From: Paraglomus brasilianum
Taxonomy: Eukaryota
Assembly (NCBI GenBank): GCA_910592345.1
Contig: CAJVPI010000077.1
Location: 1-60,095, forward strand
Reading direction: 5' to 3'
Length of the DNA: 60,095 nucleotides
The notes beneath the pieces are model-generated. The model did not search any database and had not been told where the DNA came from. It saw only the letters and a program-made list of their open reading frames with translations. Positions 40,200-52,478 of the stretch are shown in pieces (the first letter of the stretch is position 1; each line of letters opens with the position of its first letter). The translations under genes were made by a program, and so were the position numbers.

Positions 40200-41389
40200 C
40201 AGAAGAAAGTATCTGATAATAGGTCCATGGGTTTTTATTTTGTACAGTCTCCAGTCTCTTTGTGCAACATTATTAGCCAAAAAGGAAGAATGTAAATCCA
40301 CCTTCTACGGCTCTTATTATTATTATTTCCTGCCTTAGTTAGTCTTGTAGATAGCTATGTCCGGAAATTTGAAATGGGCCATTTTTTGAAGAACAATAAT
40401 ACCATAATAATAAGGCAAAATAAAAAGACTTCTTTTTTTTGGATACAAATTTTTACTGAGAATGTTAGGAAAATTTTGCTTAATTATTCTAGAAGAGAAA
40501 TACCGAAAACAATTTGCTTTCGTCCACACCCATCAATCGTCGTAAGAAATTGAAACCATGCCAATACATTTGACAAAACGCTTTCTTCGGGCAGCGTTAT
40601 TGGAGGTCAAAAATAATGTACATACGGGCATTTGACGTATGTCGCGTTTGTTGCATTTCCCGTTGAAAATCTTGTCTTATTTGTTGCGATTAAGGTATCG
40701 CACAATTAGTAATTTTTATTTTTAAAATACAATGACATGATATTTAGTAATCTTGCAGTTACAGCAATAATATGATCGACACTTCTTAATCTCGCAGATA
40801 CGGTATATTGAACTGGTTAATTTTCAACAATGCTATCAGTGACACTTCGATATCAACATGGTTGATTGTTCAATGCTACGTTGAATACGTCATAGCTATA
40901 ATTGCCAAATAAAGATAGTAAAAAAAAGCATAGTTAGACAGGAATATTACGACAGAGAATAGTTTGATTAAGGACTTTTTGCCTGCTGGTTAATTTTGGG
41001 GCTGACAGCCACTCGTTAAATGCATGAAGGGAACGATATATCATTTTTAGTTTATTGTGACCACGCAAGGTTCTCGTTTCGGGAACCAAAATGTACACAG
41101 AAATACAAGATTTTAACTAACGAGAAATATAATACACAAGTCACCAAAATTTGAGGCGTTGTACATATCGATTTCTCGAAACAAACTAAACAAGAACGTG
41201 ACTGGCTGGCTAAATTAGCATGGGTAGCTGCACCTATTACTCCCGAACAAACATACTAATACAAAGATAAACACATATTGTTTAACATCGCTGTTATCTA
41301 CGCAGTAAAGAGTGTGAGAATTGTTACACGTATGTCAAGTGGGGAGTCTGTATTATCGTGATTGTTTCCGAAAAGAAGAATAATGATGT

Positions 41390-43140
41390 AACATTCTCGT
41401 CATTCCCCACAGCTAATAAACCTACAAAATCATTTCTAGACGCATTGCGGCGAGATGCATTATAGAGATGAGTTGCTAAAGAAGCGTTTGGCTTAAAAAT
41501 CCACTTGCCATCAGGAGTAAGTGTTTTATCACAATGAGCCTCCTCTAAGTCGGGATATTACATCGATAGCCGATAAAACGAAGTAAATCTTCACGGACTG
41601 TCGGCAAATTATCGCCACGTAAATCCGTTAGAACATGTACTACATTTTGATTTAACTTTCTAACGCGGTGCAACATCTGGTATGCTTCATTGCTCGTTAG
41701 ACCGGCTAATATGCGAAAATGAGCAAACGTCATATCGAAGTTTTCGGTTGTTATACTTACTCTACAAGTCATGACTGGAGTTGCTATTAAATAACCAAGA
41801 TTTGTCACTGCGTCATTGATATCAGCAAATATATCCTTTTTATTTTTCTCTATTTCTGATAATCGTTTGGAAAAACACTTACCTCGATATCCATGAGATG
41901 ACAATTCTTTATGAAGAGCTGCCATTTCTGCGCTAGCGAACATCGGAATATAGACTTTTAATCCTCGCTTGAGCGCTCCAATTAATCCAACATTCCATTT
42001 TTTGGCGTTAATATGTATAAGAGCTTGGCGCTTATCTCTTATATGCCGATTCCATAATCACATCATAGCCGGTCGCTCCGAGTTTATGGGGCTGATGACA
42101 AGTTTCGGTGTATCCTTGGGGTTGAGTTTCTGTATATCTAGGTCAATATAAGACTTAAATCCATCATAAAGGGTTTTTTGACCACGGGCAAGAGAGCGCC
42201 TACCTGAAATAATGAGGATCGAAACAGGAGAGGCCCGAAGGGGCGAGTTTAAAGACTCCCCGTCAGGACGATAAAGCATTTTTATTTCTTCTGCAGTCCT
42301 ATTCGATTTACCAATACCACAATGTCCTTTAACCAGTATCAAGTGCCGGTTGCCACTAAACACTTTGGTTGTAAATTGTAAGTACGCATTGACTCAGTGT
42401 CATATTTCGATATTCTTTCCAACTGCAGTAAAGTTATTTTGTGAAAGTGATTTCAACTGCAGACGGGCTCTTAATCTGTCCAATCGTGGAATGGTTTTCT
42501 TCTTACCACAACCTGATTTCATTATTTCAATACCAGGATCGCCCTTTTTCTGCCTGTAGCAATAAAGGAAATAGCATGATCCCTGCATCGACCATACATA
42601 CCATCCCTTGTATGCTCTTTTTCGCAAATTTGGCAAATTGTAGGGAGAATTCTATCAAATGTGTCAAACCCGTTGCTAGAATTTCGATAGCACGGAAAAG
42701 AGAAATGATTTTCTACTGTTTTTATCGCACTATCTCGATGAGCACCTAAGGATGCTCCGGTCTGTATTTCTGGCTTTTTGCCTTCTTCCCATTCAGCCAA
42801 AGTTCTACAGGATCTTTGTCAATAAGATTCTCTCCAGTTATGATTTGAACGTATGCGCTTAATGCGCGAAGGGTCTTTAGCTTTATGACTCCCTGCTAAT
42901 CGGAAACAATGGACATTCTTATTTACTTCATCGTCAATAAAAGGATGGATTCTTTGTGGAACAAGTTCTAAAATTCGACCTGTAAATTTCCGAACCTTGT
43001 ATGCACTACGGACAAAATAGCGAGGTAATATTAAGTGTTGACTCCACTTAGTCTTGTTCGAAGAATCAGCCAATAAAATATCATCCATTGAAATATCTGA
43101 TCCAGTTATTTCCTTTATAGCAATTTTTAGCAATACCGTT
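41390..43140 (-). pseudogene. Decayed intronless AEP primase - Zn finger - UL9/origin-binding SF2 helicase fusion (NCLDV/herpes-like)
   Basis: DSS..KWSQHLI and IDDEVNKNVHCFRLAGSHK (PrimPol-type AEP), CQICEKEH Zn finger, KGHCGIGKS Walker A, ILIISGRRSLA, LIATPVMTCRVSI..NFD, QMLHRVRKL; several stops and frameshifts; Walker B segment not found. Confidence 0.8.
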
Positions 43141-43325
43141 GAATAAGCGCTCCCCGATCAGTTTACACACGAGATTATAAAATTTTGTTTATGTGACGGT
43201 TTGCCGATCATTTTCATATGACCAAAGGGTGTTATAATAATAAGTACTTTCTTATTTCTCTTATTTACAATTTACGTTATTAAAAAAAAAAACCAAAACG
43301 CAAAGCAAGCTTGGAAGTAAACGAA

Positions 43326-44250
43326 ATGAACGAAAATTGGTGTGCAATCGTAAAGGTTTTAAAGCCCGGCGTGTCAAATCGTCTTCTCGAATACCTATGT
43401 TTCCTAAATATTTCTGTCTCAGATAAAAAGACAACACACAGAGATTGGATTGAAACTCTTAACGATATCTGGAAAAACCATCCTGTTGCACAGATTCAGA
43501 AACTAGCAGACAAAAGTATCAAAAATTATCAGGTTATGTATTTGCATTTATTGTACGAGAATACGGGATTAAACAGAAGTTGGTATCGCTCCTGCGTTCA
43601 TCCTCTGCTTTGGGCACAGGAGTACTTCCTCCACTTTCGGAGAGCGATATCAGCGGGAAGATGGGAGCCACAAGTGATCCTCTGCTTTCATCTTGTGGCA
43701 TAATCCTCTGTTTTTATCCCATCTTTCATGGGGCTCAATGTTCTGTTGGTCATCCTCTGCTTTGGCACTGCATTAAATTGAGCCCCTAATCTATTTGATC
43801 CCAAAAAATTATTTTCATTTATATGCTTTTTGAATAAAACCTGTCGTCAATATTTATATTAATATATTTTTTCTAACTTCGAATGAAATCAAATCTCAAG
43901 CTGTCTCAAAATTCTGGATAGATATCGAAAAAGCAAAGCTCGGAAACAAATTATATTCTATTCACTTCAATGGATTTACAGAACTGGTTAGTATTTACTT
44001 TCTACGCATCACACCATTTTCTCTGCTTAAAAATATAATTTGCCTTTACATTCAGGTTGAAAATAGAAACAATTTTGAATACAGTGAACTTCAAGATATT
44101 CAGGTCGAATATAGTGATAATTCAAACTCCAAATCCGAGCACAATGAACTTCAAGATATTCAAGTCGAAATTAGCGATAACTCATGCCTCAAATCCGAAC
44201 CATACGAAGAGTACTTATTAGTAGCAACTGTAGAAGACAATTCAAACTAA
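43326..44250 (+). CDS. Hypothetical multi-exon protein, possibly disrupted
   Basis: Exon-like segments MNENWCAIVKVLKP...KNYQ, VSKFWIDIEKAK...TEL and VENRNNFEYSELQDIQ...DNSN* bounded by GT-AG; phase between the first two does not reconcile. 60-bp tandem duplication at ~44077-44196. Confidence 0.4.
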
Positions 44251-45208
44251 ATACTACATGTGTTGTCATATTAATAAATAAGAACAATCATATGTACTGT
44301 ACAATTGCATTTATTAATATAGATGAAAATGCTGACGATTTTCTGACAAAATGAAGCAGAAACTTACAGCCTATAATCAAATGTATGTCCACAATTATTT
44401 TTTTGTCCAAAACTAATATAATAAGTACTCGGTATGCAGAGGGAGGTAGTTCCTCTCTCGAAAGGAAAATGGGCTTTCAAATTGAATCTATAGTCACCGT
44501 CCTATTTCCACTATCGATCGACACATTAGGGACAACCATCGAAATAAAATGTTATTATGGATGCAATGACTTGAATTAGTGAAAGCAGCAGAGTTTCCTG
44601 GGCTTGGGTAATATACCACAGAAAAAAAGTAACATTGAGAGAGCCCAAAGCACAATGGGGTTGCATCAAGCAGCGGTCGACGGATAATGTGTGGTTGTAA
44701 AGACACATGCTGATCACTGACAATATTAATTAATATTAGCCTTGCTATATGCGATGAATGCGATGAATAAGCAATTGTGTCCGTTAACATCAGAGTGTCG
44801 TACTATGTATGCAGAGGTTCCACAAGAAAATGTCTGTGATGAATGGGCTCTGGCCACTACCTCGCAATATAAAACTGTTTTTTAATCGTTGTTTGCTGTT
44901 ATAATATCAGGTTAGAACACGTTTCAAAACCAAAAAAGGACTTTAACCGCCTTTTCCTAGCTCAGGAACTCTTCAACCCCGAAGTCATGGCTGAGCAAGA
45001 CGAATATCGAGATTAGGTAATGTTAAAAACGACACCGGAATAGTGAAACATCAAGGCGCGGTAAACAAATGCTTGTTTAATCCGTTCCCGACCCGACACA
45101 GCAATTAATCAAAAAAGTGACGGGCCGCTCTGGGATTAAAGTTGATGTTACCCAAAAAGAAGATATATATGCAGTATAAGTTTTCTCAATGTGCCCGATC
45201 GGAAAATA

Positions 45209-46897
45209 ATGTCATTCGGAAAATTATATCACCCTCTTCGCAAAATTGTCAATCCCGTGGCTCCAACATGGGATGATTTCCTCGAGATGTTGGGACGTTC
45301 CAATGACCAGTTTGAAGATTTCAAAAATTCGATCTATGGTGTCTCTGATGATTCTCCTCAAGTCATCACTCCATTTGATGGTACCTCTTATAATACGGCC
45401 CGTGCGGAATCTGACGTAGCGTTCAAAACTTATCCATTGCTCATCGTCTACTGTCGCTGCGTAAGTGATGTTGTGAATGCTGTTAAATTTGCAAAGATGG
45501 ATCCATGGATCAAGGTGTGCGTCAGGGCTGGCGGTAAGCATCATTTCCTGATCCGAGGCTCGAATGTAATTCGACATAATTTTTCAAACAATCTTGTCAT
45601 TTTTCGTAGGACATAATACGGCTGGATATTCTGTTATTCAGAATGGAATGGTGATTGATGTATCCGGCATGGACGGAATCCTTATTGACCCTGTGAAAAA
45701 AGAAGCAATATTCCAGGCCGGAGTCAGATGGGGAAAGGCCAACACTGAATTGCAAGTCTATAACCTTCATACTCCAGGTATTATTATTTGATAAAGTTTT
45801 CGAATGCTTGACTATTATGTATTAAGATTTAAATTTTTTAAAAAGGCGGAGGTTGTGATGACGTCGGTATAGCTGGATTTTCAATGGGTGGAGGTTATGG
45901 CTACACGGCACTAAAGCACGGAATGGCATGCGATAACATCATCGAGGTGACGATGGTCACGGCGGATGGTCAAATAGTCAAGGCATCAGAAGAAAACGAC
46001 CCTGATAAATTGCTCTGGGCAACCAAAGGTGGAACGGGAGGTAACTTTGGGGTTATGGTAGATTTTAAATTCCGACTCTATGAGATTCCCGAAAAGGTTT
46101 ATACGATTGAATTGAACTGGCCAATCGACATGGCAGCCAAAGTTTTGACCACCTGGCAAAACGAAATGACTATTACTTTGAATGATCGTAACCTTGGTAT
46201 ATTAGGCTTCCTTGCCATGGATGCCGATACTGAAGATAGGAAGGCGGCAACCCCATATTTCTGTATTCGTGGCATCTATTCCGACAAGGATGCAGCGGCT
46301 GGCATGGCATCATTGAAACCATTGCTTGATATTGGAGGGTATGAACTTCCTTCTGGACAGCCGCCCCTTTTTGATCCAAAATCTTTGGTTCCATACGCAT
46401 ATGCCAATCAACATCTATTGGATGCGGTTGAGGGATCGATACCATCAACTGCAAATGAAACGAAACGATGTGCATACATTGAAAGGCAACTATCGGAAGA
46501 AGAATATCAACAGATAGTTAACTATTTTGTAACAGCGCCATGCGGATATAACATTGTATCCATGGAGCCTTACGGTGGACGCATTAATGAGATTCCATCA
46601 GACGAGTGTGCTTTTGTTCATAGGAACGCATATTTTGATATTTTCGTGGACTCGTTTTGGATTAATGACATAGATGAAAACCAGGCGCGAACATGGTTGC
46701 ACGACTTTTTCGAGGGGGAAGAGTTCCAGAATATTTGGTCAAACCATATTTATCAGAATTACATGAATTCAGAATACAAAGACTGGGCAGATGCGTATTT
46801 TGGTGAAAATTACCAGCAATTGCGAAAAGTGAAAACCATATTTGATCCCAAATCCTTCTTCAGTTATGAGCAAGGGATTCGTCCTTTAGATAATTGA
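45209..46897 (+). CDS. Berberine-bridge-enzyme-like FAD oxidoreductase, two introns
   Basis: PLLIVYC...VRAGGHNTAGYS (flavinylated His), GGCDDVGIAGFSMGGGYG...GMACDN, LLWATKGGTGGNFGV, C-terminal YQNY..WADAYFGENYQQLRKVKTIFDP BBE motif. Confidence 0.93.
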
Positions 46898-47815
46898 TGA
46901 TAGTGAAATGCATATAGTCTCTTTAGCAATTTGAACTACTTTTTATGTAAGAAACTATATAGCCCATTTACTAAAAGAACAATAAATTTTGGGAATAACA
47001 TTTCATAAACTATATGTAATAAACGAGTAACTTCCTCGACATGATTTTTAATGACTCCATCGACGATGCGTATGATTTTATAATGCATAATGATAAGTAA
47101 AGTTTTACTCTACTAAAGGAAGTTTTGTCCGTCGAGTCGTAGGTCAATTTTCATTCTCGTTGGAAGAACTAGACGTTATTCTCAAGGTTGTAGTAATGAT
47201 CATTCAACACTTCAACGCTATTAAGACTGTGGAAATACGTTTTAACATGTGCTCTTCAAACATACAGTATATAACGCTTTATTCGAATTTTTATGAAAGA
47301 GAACTATTATTAAGAAAAGTGCATATTATATGGCTTGTCAATAGCGGGATAGCAATCGATCGCTTTAGCTATTTTCAAACGGAACTGTGGCTTCTCCTAC
47401 TTTTAGTTAAATACGATGACAGTTAACTACTCACGGCCTAGTATCAATCGGTAGACGCTAACCTTAGTCTCTTGCTATTGCTTAAAGATCGAATGAGGAT
47501 ACATTGTCGCGATATTATAGTTCTGGTTGTCAGCTTACTACAATACTAGTATAGTAATTCAATTTTAATTAATAAAAGACGTTGTCGGTAGTGCGTCGTT
47601 ATGATTGAAAATTAATACTGAACATTGTCACGCTTGAAGTATGATGATATATTTGCGATATTATTAATGGGTGCTCCCATCAGCTTAAGATAAGTTAAAG
47701 GGGAGGTAAGTGCTCATAAGCTCTTGCCAAATGAAATGGAAGGATTTCTTTATTGTTTGATAAGTTATACATACCATAGAGACAATAGTACGATTGCTGT
47801 CAATTACTATTTATA

Positions 47816-47923
47816 GGGAGGCTAAAGCGGAGTAGTTTTTTTACAATTTCATTGGTTGATATACAAATTTGACCAATGTAATTGCAAGAATCAGGTCACG
47901 TTCTACTCCGCTTTAGCCATCGT
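47816..47923. mobile_element. MITE, ~108 bp, with a 9-bp target-site duplication (Mutator-like)
   Basis: Inverted repeat GGCTAAAGCGGAGTAG (47820-47835)/CTACTCCGCTTTAGCC (47903-47918); CTATTTATA on both flanks (47807-47815, 47924-47932); second copy at ~57912. Confidence 0.8.
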
Positions 47924-48499
47924 CTATTTATATAGTGCCCGTCCCTACAGTGATTGCTAATTTTAGTAACTTCGATTGCCAAATCTGATAGGGGATGAGA
48001 GCACCACTCCTGTGGCTGATTATAGTACGGAAATATAGTATTTAACACAATGATGACCGGAATTATCACTGAATTATACTGTGCGACGTTAAATGTGTGG
48101 GATAAATGTGTGTTTTCTTGACTATAACGGCCTTGAACTCCATTGACAAATTGGATTTCTTACATGCAATTTTGTTATTATGTCCAAACAGACAAGAAGT
48201 TCTATGGTTAATATAATCAATTTCTTATTATTGAATTGCGCTCCTTGTTATAAGAATAAAGAGAGATATTTTTGAATTATAGATAATAGTAATTTTCTTG
48301 AGTTAAACAAGCCTGTTTTAGACATATTTGCCCCCAACGTTTATATGATATCTAATGTCATTTTTATAAAACAAAGACCAATTATAATACAAATTCAGGC
48401 AGACGTCTTTGTCATGAAGAACATGGCTTGTTGTCTCCAGTTTATTGCATTCAAGCGCAAGTTTAATTATAACAGTATTTATTCGACTATTACATATAA

Positions 48500-50677
48500 T
48501 AAAATTTTCAATTCTTTTTTTTTCTTTTCGTTATTATAATTTTCATTATCATTGGCTTATCATTTAAATAATATTATAATTATTACCAATAAATAATATT
48601 AAGTACATTATAATAAATACATTACATGACATATAAACAATAGGTGGATAAATAATCGAATAACTATTGCTTTCAAACTGGCGTGCCAAGCAGCAAACTT
48701 ACCTTTCATCTCTAACCAGCTTCAGAGACAGATCCTTCACAAGCAGCTAAGTAATCACCGAATCGGACCCTCAAACTCGCTCCACTCCACCAAGTGTCCC
48801 ATTGGATCCGTTCACAGCAAACCGCCAGTGTAGAGAAAAAAGGGAAAGAAAGAAAAAAAAAAAGAAAAAGGAGTTAGTTTATAACGTAAAGCAAATGCGA
48901 TACTTACCTTATACTTACCCAAAACCTTCTACCCGTCGTCTAAAAGCTGTGTAAAAAAAAGAAGAAAGGAGATGTCGTGATAGTGTTCCGGGCATCCCCC
49001 GTGACCCACTTATCAGAGGACCCGTGCCAGATCCCTTCACCGCAGGCGAGCACTGGTGAGAGTGGTGAGTAGAGGGGCGTCACCGGTAACTACCCGCCGC
49101 CCGATCCAGATCCGCACCCGTCCACCGGTCGAGATAAAAGAGAGTAGCCGCCTACTTAACCAGTTTAAAAAGCAATGGTCTGTTAGTGAACGATTATTTA
49201 TCCACCAATCGCTTCTTTTATGGTATTTTTTTTCTCTATTTTTTCTTTCTTAATCCTTTAGTAACAGAATTGACGCTGCCAAATACACTGTGTAGACCTA
49301 GCGCGCCGATGAGAATGACCGTCCGAGCATAGAGCCGACTTGTTAATTAGTGGAGTGGGAAGAGCCAAATCATGTGTCGGAAATTTTTCAAAATCGAGGA
49401 ATATAACGTCTTCGTCTAAGGAATATAATAGATGTTAGTTGGGTTGTTTTATGACGCAATTATTTATTTCACTGAAGACAAGAAGATATCTAAGATGTCG
49501 AATATCTAAACAAATTAATAAACTTACGTACAATAGCAACTTTCCCCGAACTCTTTTATCGCATTGTTATTCTACTCGGTGCGGTACATGTTAATCATAA
49601 AGAAGCAGATTTGTATGCGTAAATGGGCGGAATATTCGTTTTTGCGTGAACTCTTTCATTTATGTGATCCATAAACCGAGTTGTCGTTTCAAAGACTTGT
49701 TCGTGAATTGTGGCAAACTGAAGTACGTGTGTAATATGATGTGGCGGCAAAGGTATGTTCGCTGTATATTTAAATAACGTTGTGTTTGCGCTTTGAAAGC
49801 CGTTGTGAAGCGACATCTGTATATATATGGGTAGACACATGTCCGAAAATTGGTTTGTCGGCTATGTTGTTAAGTGTCAAGGGTTTGTCGTTTGAAGACT
49901 TGTCCGTGAGTTGTAGAAACTGTCATCGTGCGTAATATAGAGTGGTGGTAAGCGTTGTATATTTTACTTTGGATACGTTGTATTTGGCGTTTTGGAGGAG
50001 GATAAGTTGTTGTAAAACGATACGTGCGCAACGGAGAGACATGTGAATATGAGTAACGCGCGTTCAAACTCTTTTCATCGGTTGTGTGGTTGATAACCGT
50101 GTTGTTTAAAAACTTGTTTGCGAGTTGTAGCAAAGTGTCGTGTGTGCGCAATATAGAGTGGCGACAAAGGTTTATTGCGTTGTATATTTTACTTTTGGAT
50201 AACAACGTTGTGTTGCGCGTTGGGCAACGGAGAGAAGTGTTGGATATACATTTAATATGAGTATTGATTATGTGGTCGATTGTTTGAGGACTTGTTTGTG
50301 AGCTGTCGCATGTGCGTGGCGGCAAAGATCTGTTGCGGTGTATATTTATAACGTCGTATTTTGCGCTTTTGAGGAGAAAAGGTTGTTGTGAAAGGCAATG
50401 GAGAAGTGAGTAGCGTCTGGGAGTATATATATGTGTGTATGAGTAGACGCGTGTTCGCGTATTAGATGACGAAAGATGAAGGGGCGTGAGAGTCTGCGAC
50501 TGTCAACCAATAGTAGCATAAGCGGGTATCGATTATTGCCTAGTGTAACACATCGCGATTGTTTCCGCGAATAAGAACAATGGTATCAGTGATTACACGC
50601 AGTAAAATATTTTTCACTGGTTAACCAGTCCGATAAGTCACGCATTAAATTGATCTCGATGATATTGATAACAAAGC
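48500..50677. mobile_element. Unclassified ~2 kb dispersed repeat, copy 2
   Basis: Colinear with 5420-7375; perfect 16-bp inverted repeat GGTGGATAAATAATCG (48643-48658)/(49191-49206); degenerate tandem units at ~49650-50460. Confidence 0.8.
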
Positions 50678-51534
50678 ACCCTTGCAATATGATATCAGCG
50701 TGATCTATGTAGTATAGCGAGTAGCATAGTTGCTCTTAACTACAACACGCTTAATTTATTTTCACTCGGAGGTATAATGAATTGAGCTCGATATGACTCG
50801 ATATAATGACAATCCTTATCAACTTTGCAATAACATATTGAGCGGATTCGATGTTAGCCGCATGGTGTTAAGATCGACCAATTCAAAACAGTTGGAGAAA
50901 ACTCCAATATTACCATAATCCAACACGAATATCAATAATAAAACCAATTTATCTTTAATTTTGGTCCTTTTCATTTTATTAATTAATCTTCAACATGCCG
51001 TATATTATTAGCAGGTGGAGGAAAGTAGGAGGTTAACGGTTGGAAATACCGTATATTTTCTGCCCCTTCACCTGGCAAGCCTCTATAGGATTGAATACGT
51101 GGGTGTCGTCTATCTTCTTTTCGTATTTTGTGTTCGCATTCGTTTCTTTCAATTTTTATTACCTATATTAGCTTTTACAAAATTATTTTCAAGTTAATAG
51201 ATTGCCTTCCAAAATGTTGTATTAAATGGTGCAACGTAGATATCCAACCTAAATTTGGAAAGGGAAAAACATCAGAACAGAATGAAAAAAAAATGTGTAG
51301 CTTGATAATAAAGTTATACTCTAAAGCTTTATATGGTTGTAAGTAGAGTATTTTGAACTTGAGAAGAGTAACATAAGAACCCTAACATTAGTATTCCTGC
51401 TTAATATTAATACTCAATAAATATTAAAATAGAATATTCCATAGCTTTTATTTGACTTACCTTCCATTTGCAGTTCCCGTAATTTTGGTCAAATGCTCTG
51501 TCTTAAATATAAACATACTTCTTGCCTACCATTT

Positions 51535-51732
51535 TCAACTTGCACTGACATACTGCTTGTTTACTGCACTCTTATATAACTCAACTACTTTCTGCTCATC
51601 TTTTCCCACTCCAGTCCCATTTTCATAACATACAGCAAGATTATATCGCGCACTGGCATGTTCTTGTTTAGCTGCTTTTTTACACCATTCAACTAATTTT
51701 TGTTCATCTTCTTCTAATCCACTTTCATTCAT
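51535..51732 (-). pseudogene. SEL1-repeat remnant (~1.5 repeats)
   Basis: KLVEWCKKAAKQEHASARYNLAVCYENGTGVGKDEQKVVELYK. Confidence 0.75.
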
Positions 51733-52478
51733 CTTGTATAACTGAATGAGTATTATATAGTGATAGTGGAAACCAAATTTTCAGCGTAGAACCGTGTTAC
51801 TAGATTTTTACCCAATATATACAGAATACAGTGAAGTTTTCTGGGACAATATTAATACTAATATTAAGAATTTTGCAAAGAAAAATGTGCAGTATCCAAA
51901 ATCTAGTGTAACATTGACCCTAACAGCTAATACATTCCCACGCCTTATACTGTATAACACATTGTGAACTAAAATGTTAACAGCGTGTTGCGGCCAAAGA
52001 AAGTTTTACTTTACAGACGTTATAAAATCCAACTACTCTGAATGAATTGTTTTGTTTACGTGTTCGCTTATGTAATTTATTTTGATCATACGAGTAGTGT
52101 GAAGAGAGCGTTTTCTCGTTTTGCTTTGTCAAAGGCTAAATTGTCGAATTCCCAAATCAACCGAGTTGATATTTTGTAATTTATGATAAGGGTGTATGAC
52201 TCCGCTTTTGTCGACGTCGAGAAGAACGCATGATGAGATTATTTCTGGCAGATGTTCTCGATTCTTCAATATCATCGTCGTTGCCCGCTTTTGTCTTAAT
52301 ATCTATGTTTGGAGAAAGTTCATCTTCATTCCGACTAAAAGCTCCCGCTTTATTTGATCGGAGCATGTGACACAATTCTATTACTGTATCAAAATACATC
52401 GCCGATCAATTGCGCTTTAAACGCGTATTAAGAATGCTTAGCGAACCTGCTGCCTCACGGCCTCTGCATGCTCAATGC

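Noticed and set aside
49595..50325. Minus-strand ORFs in the tandem part of the repeat
   Set aside because: Frames are not preserved in the other copy; no domain recognised.
51795..51913. Imperfect inverted repeat TGTTACTAGATTTT / AAAATCTAGTGTAACA
   Set aside because: Short, gapped, no TSD and no second copy; at most a very old MITE.
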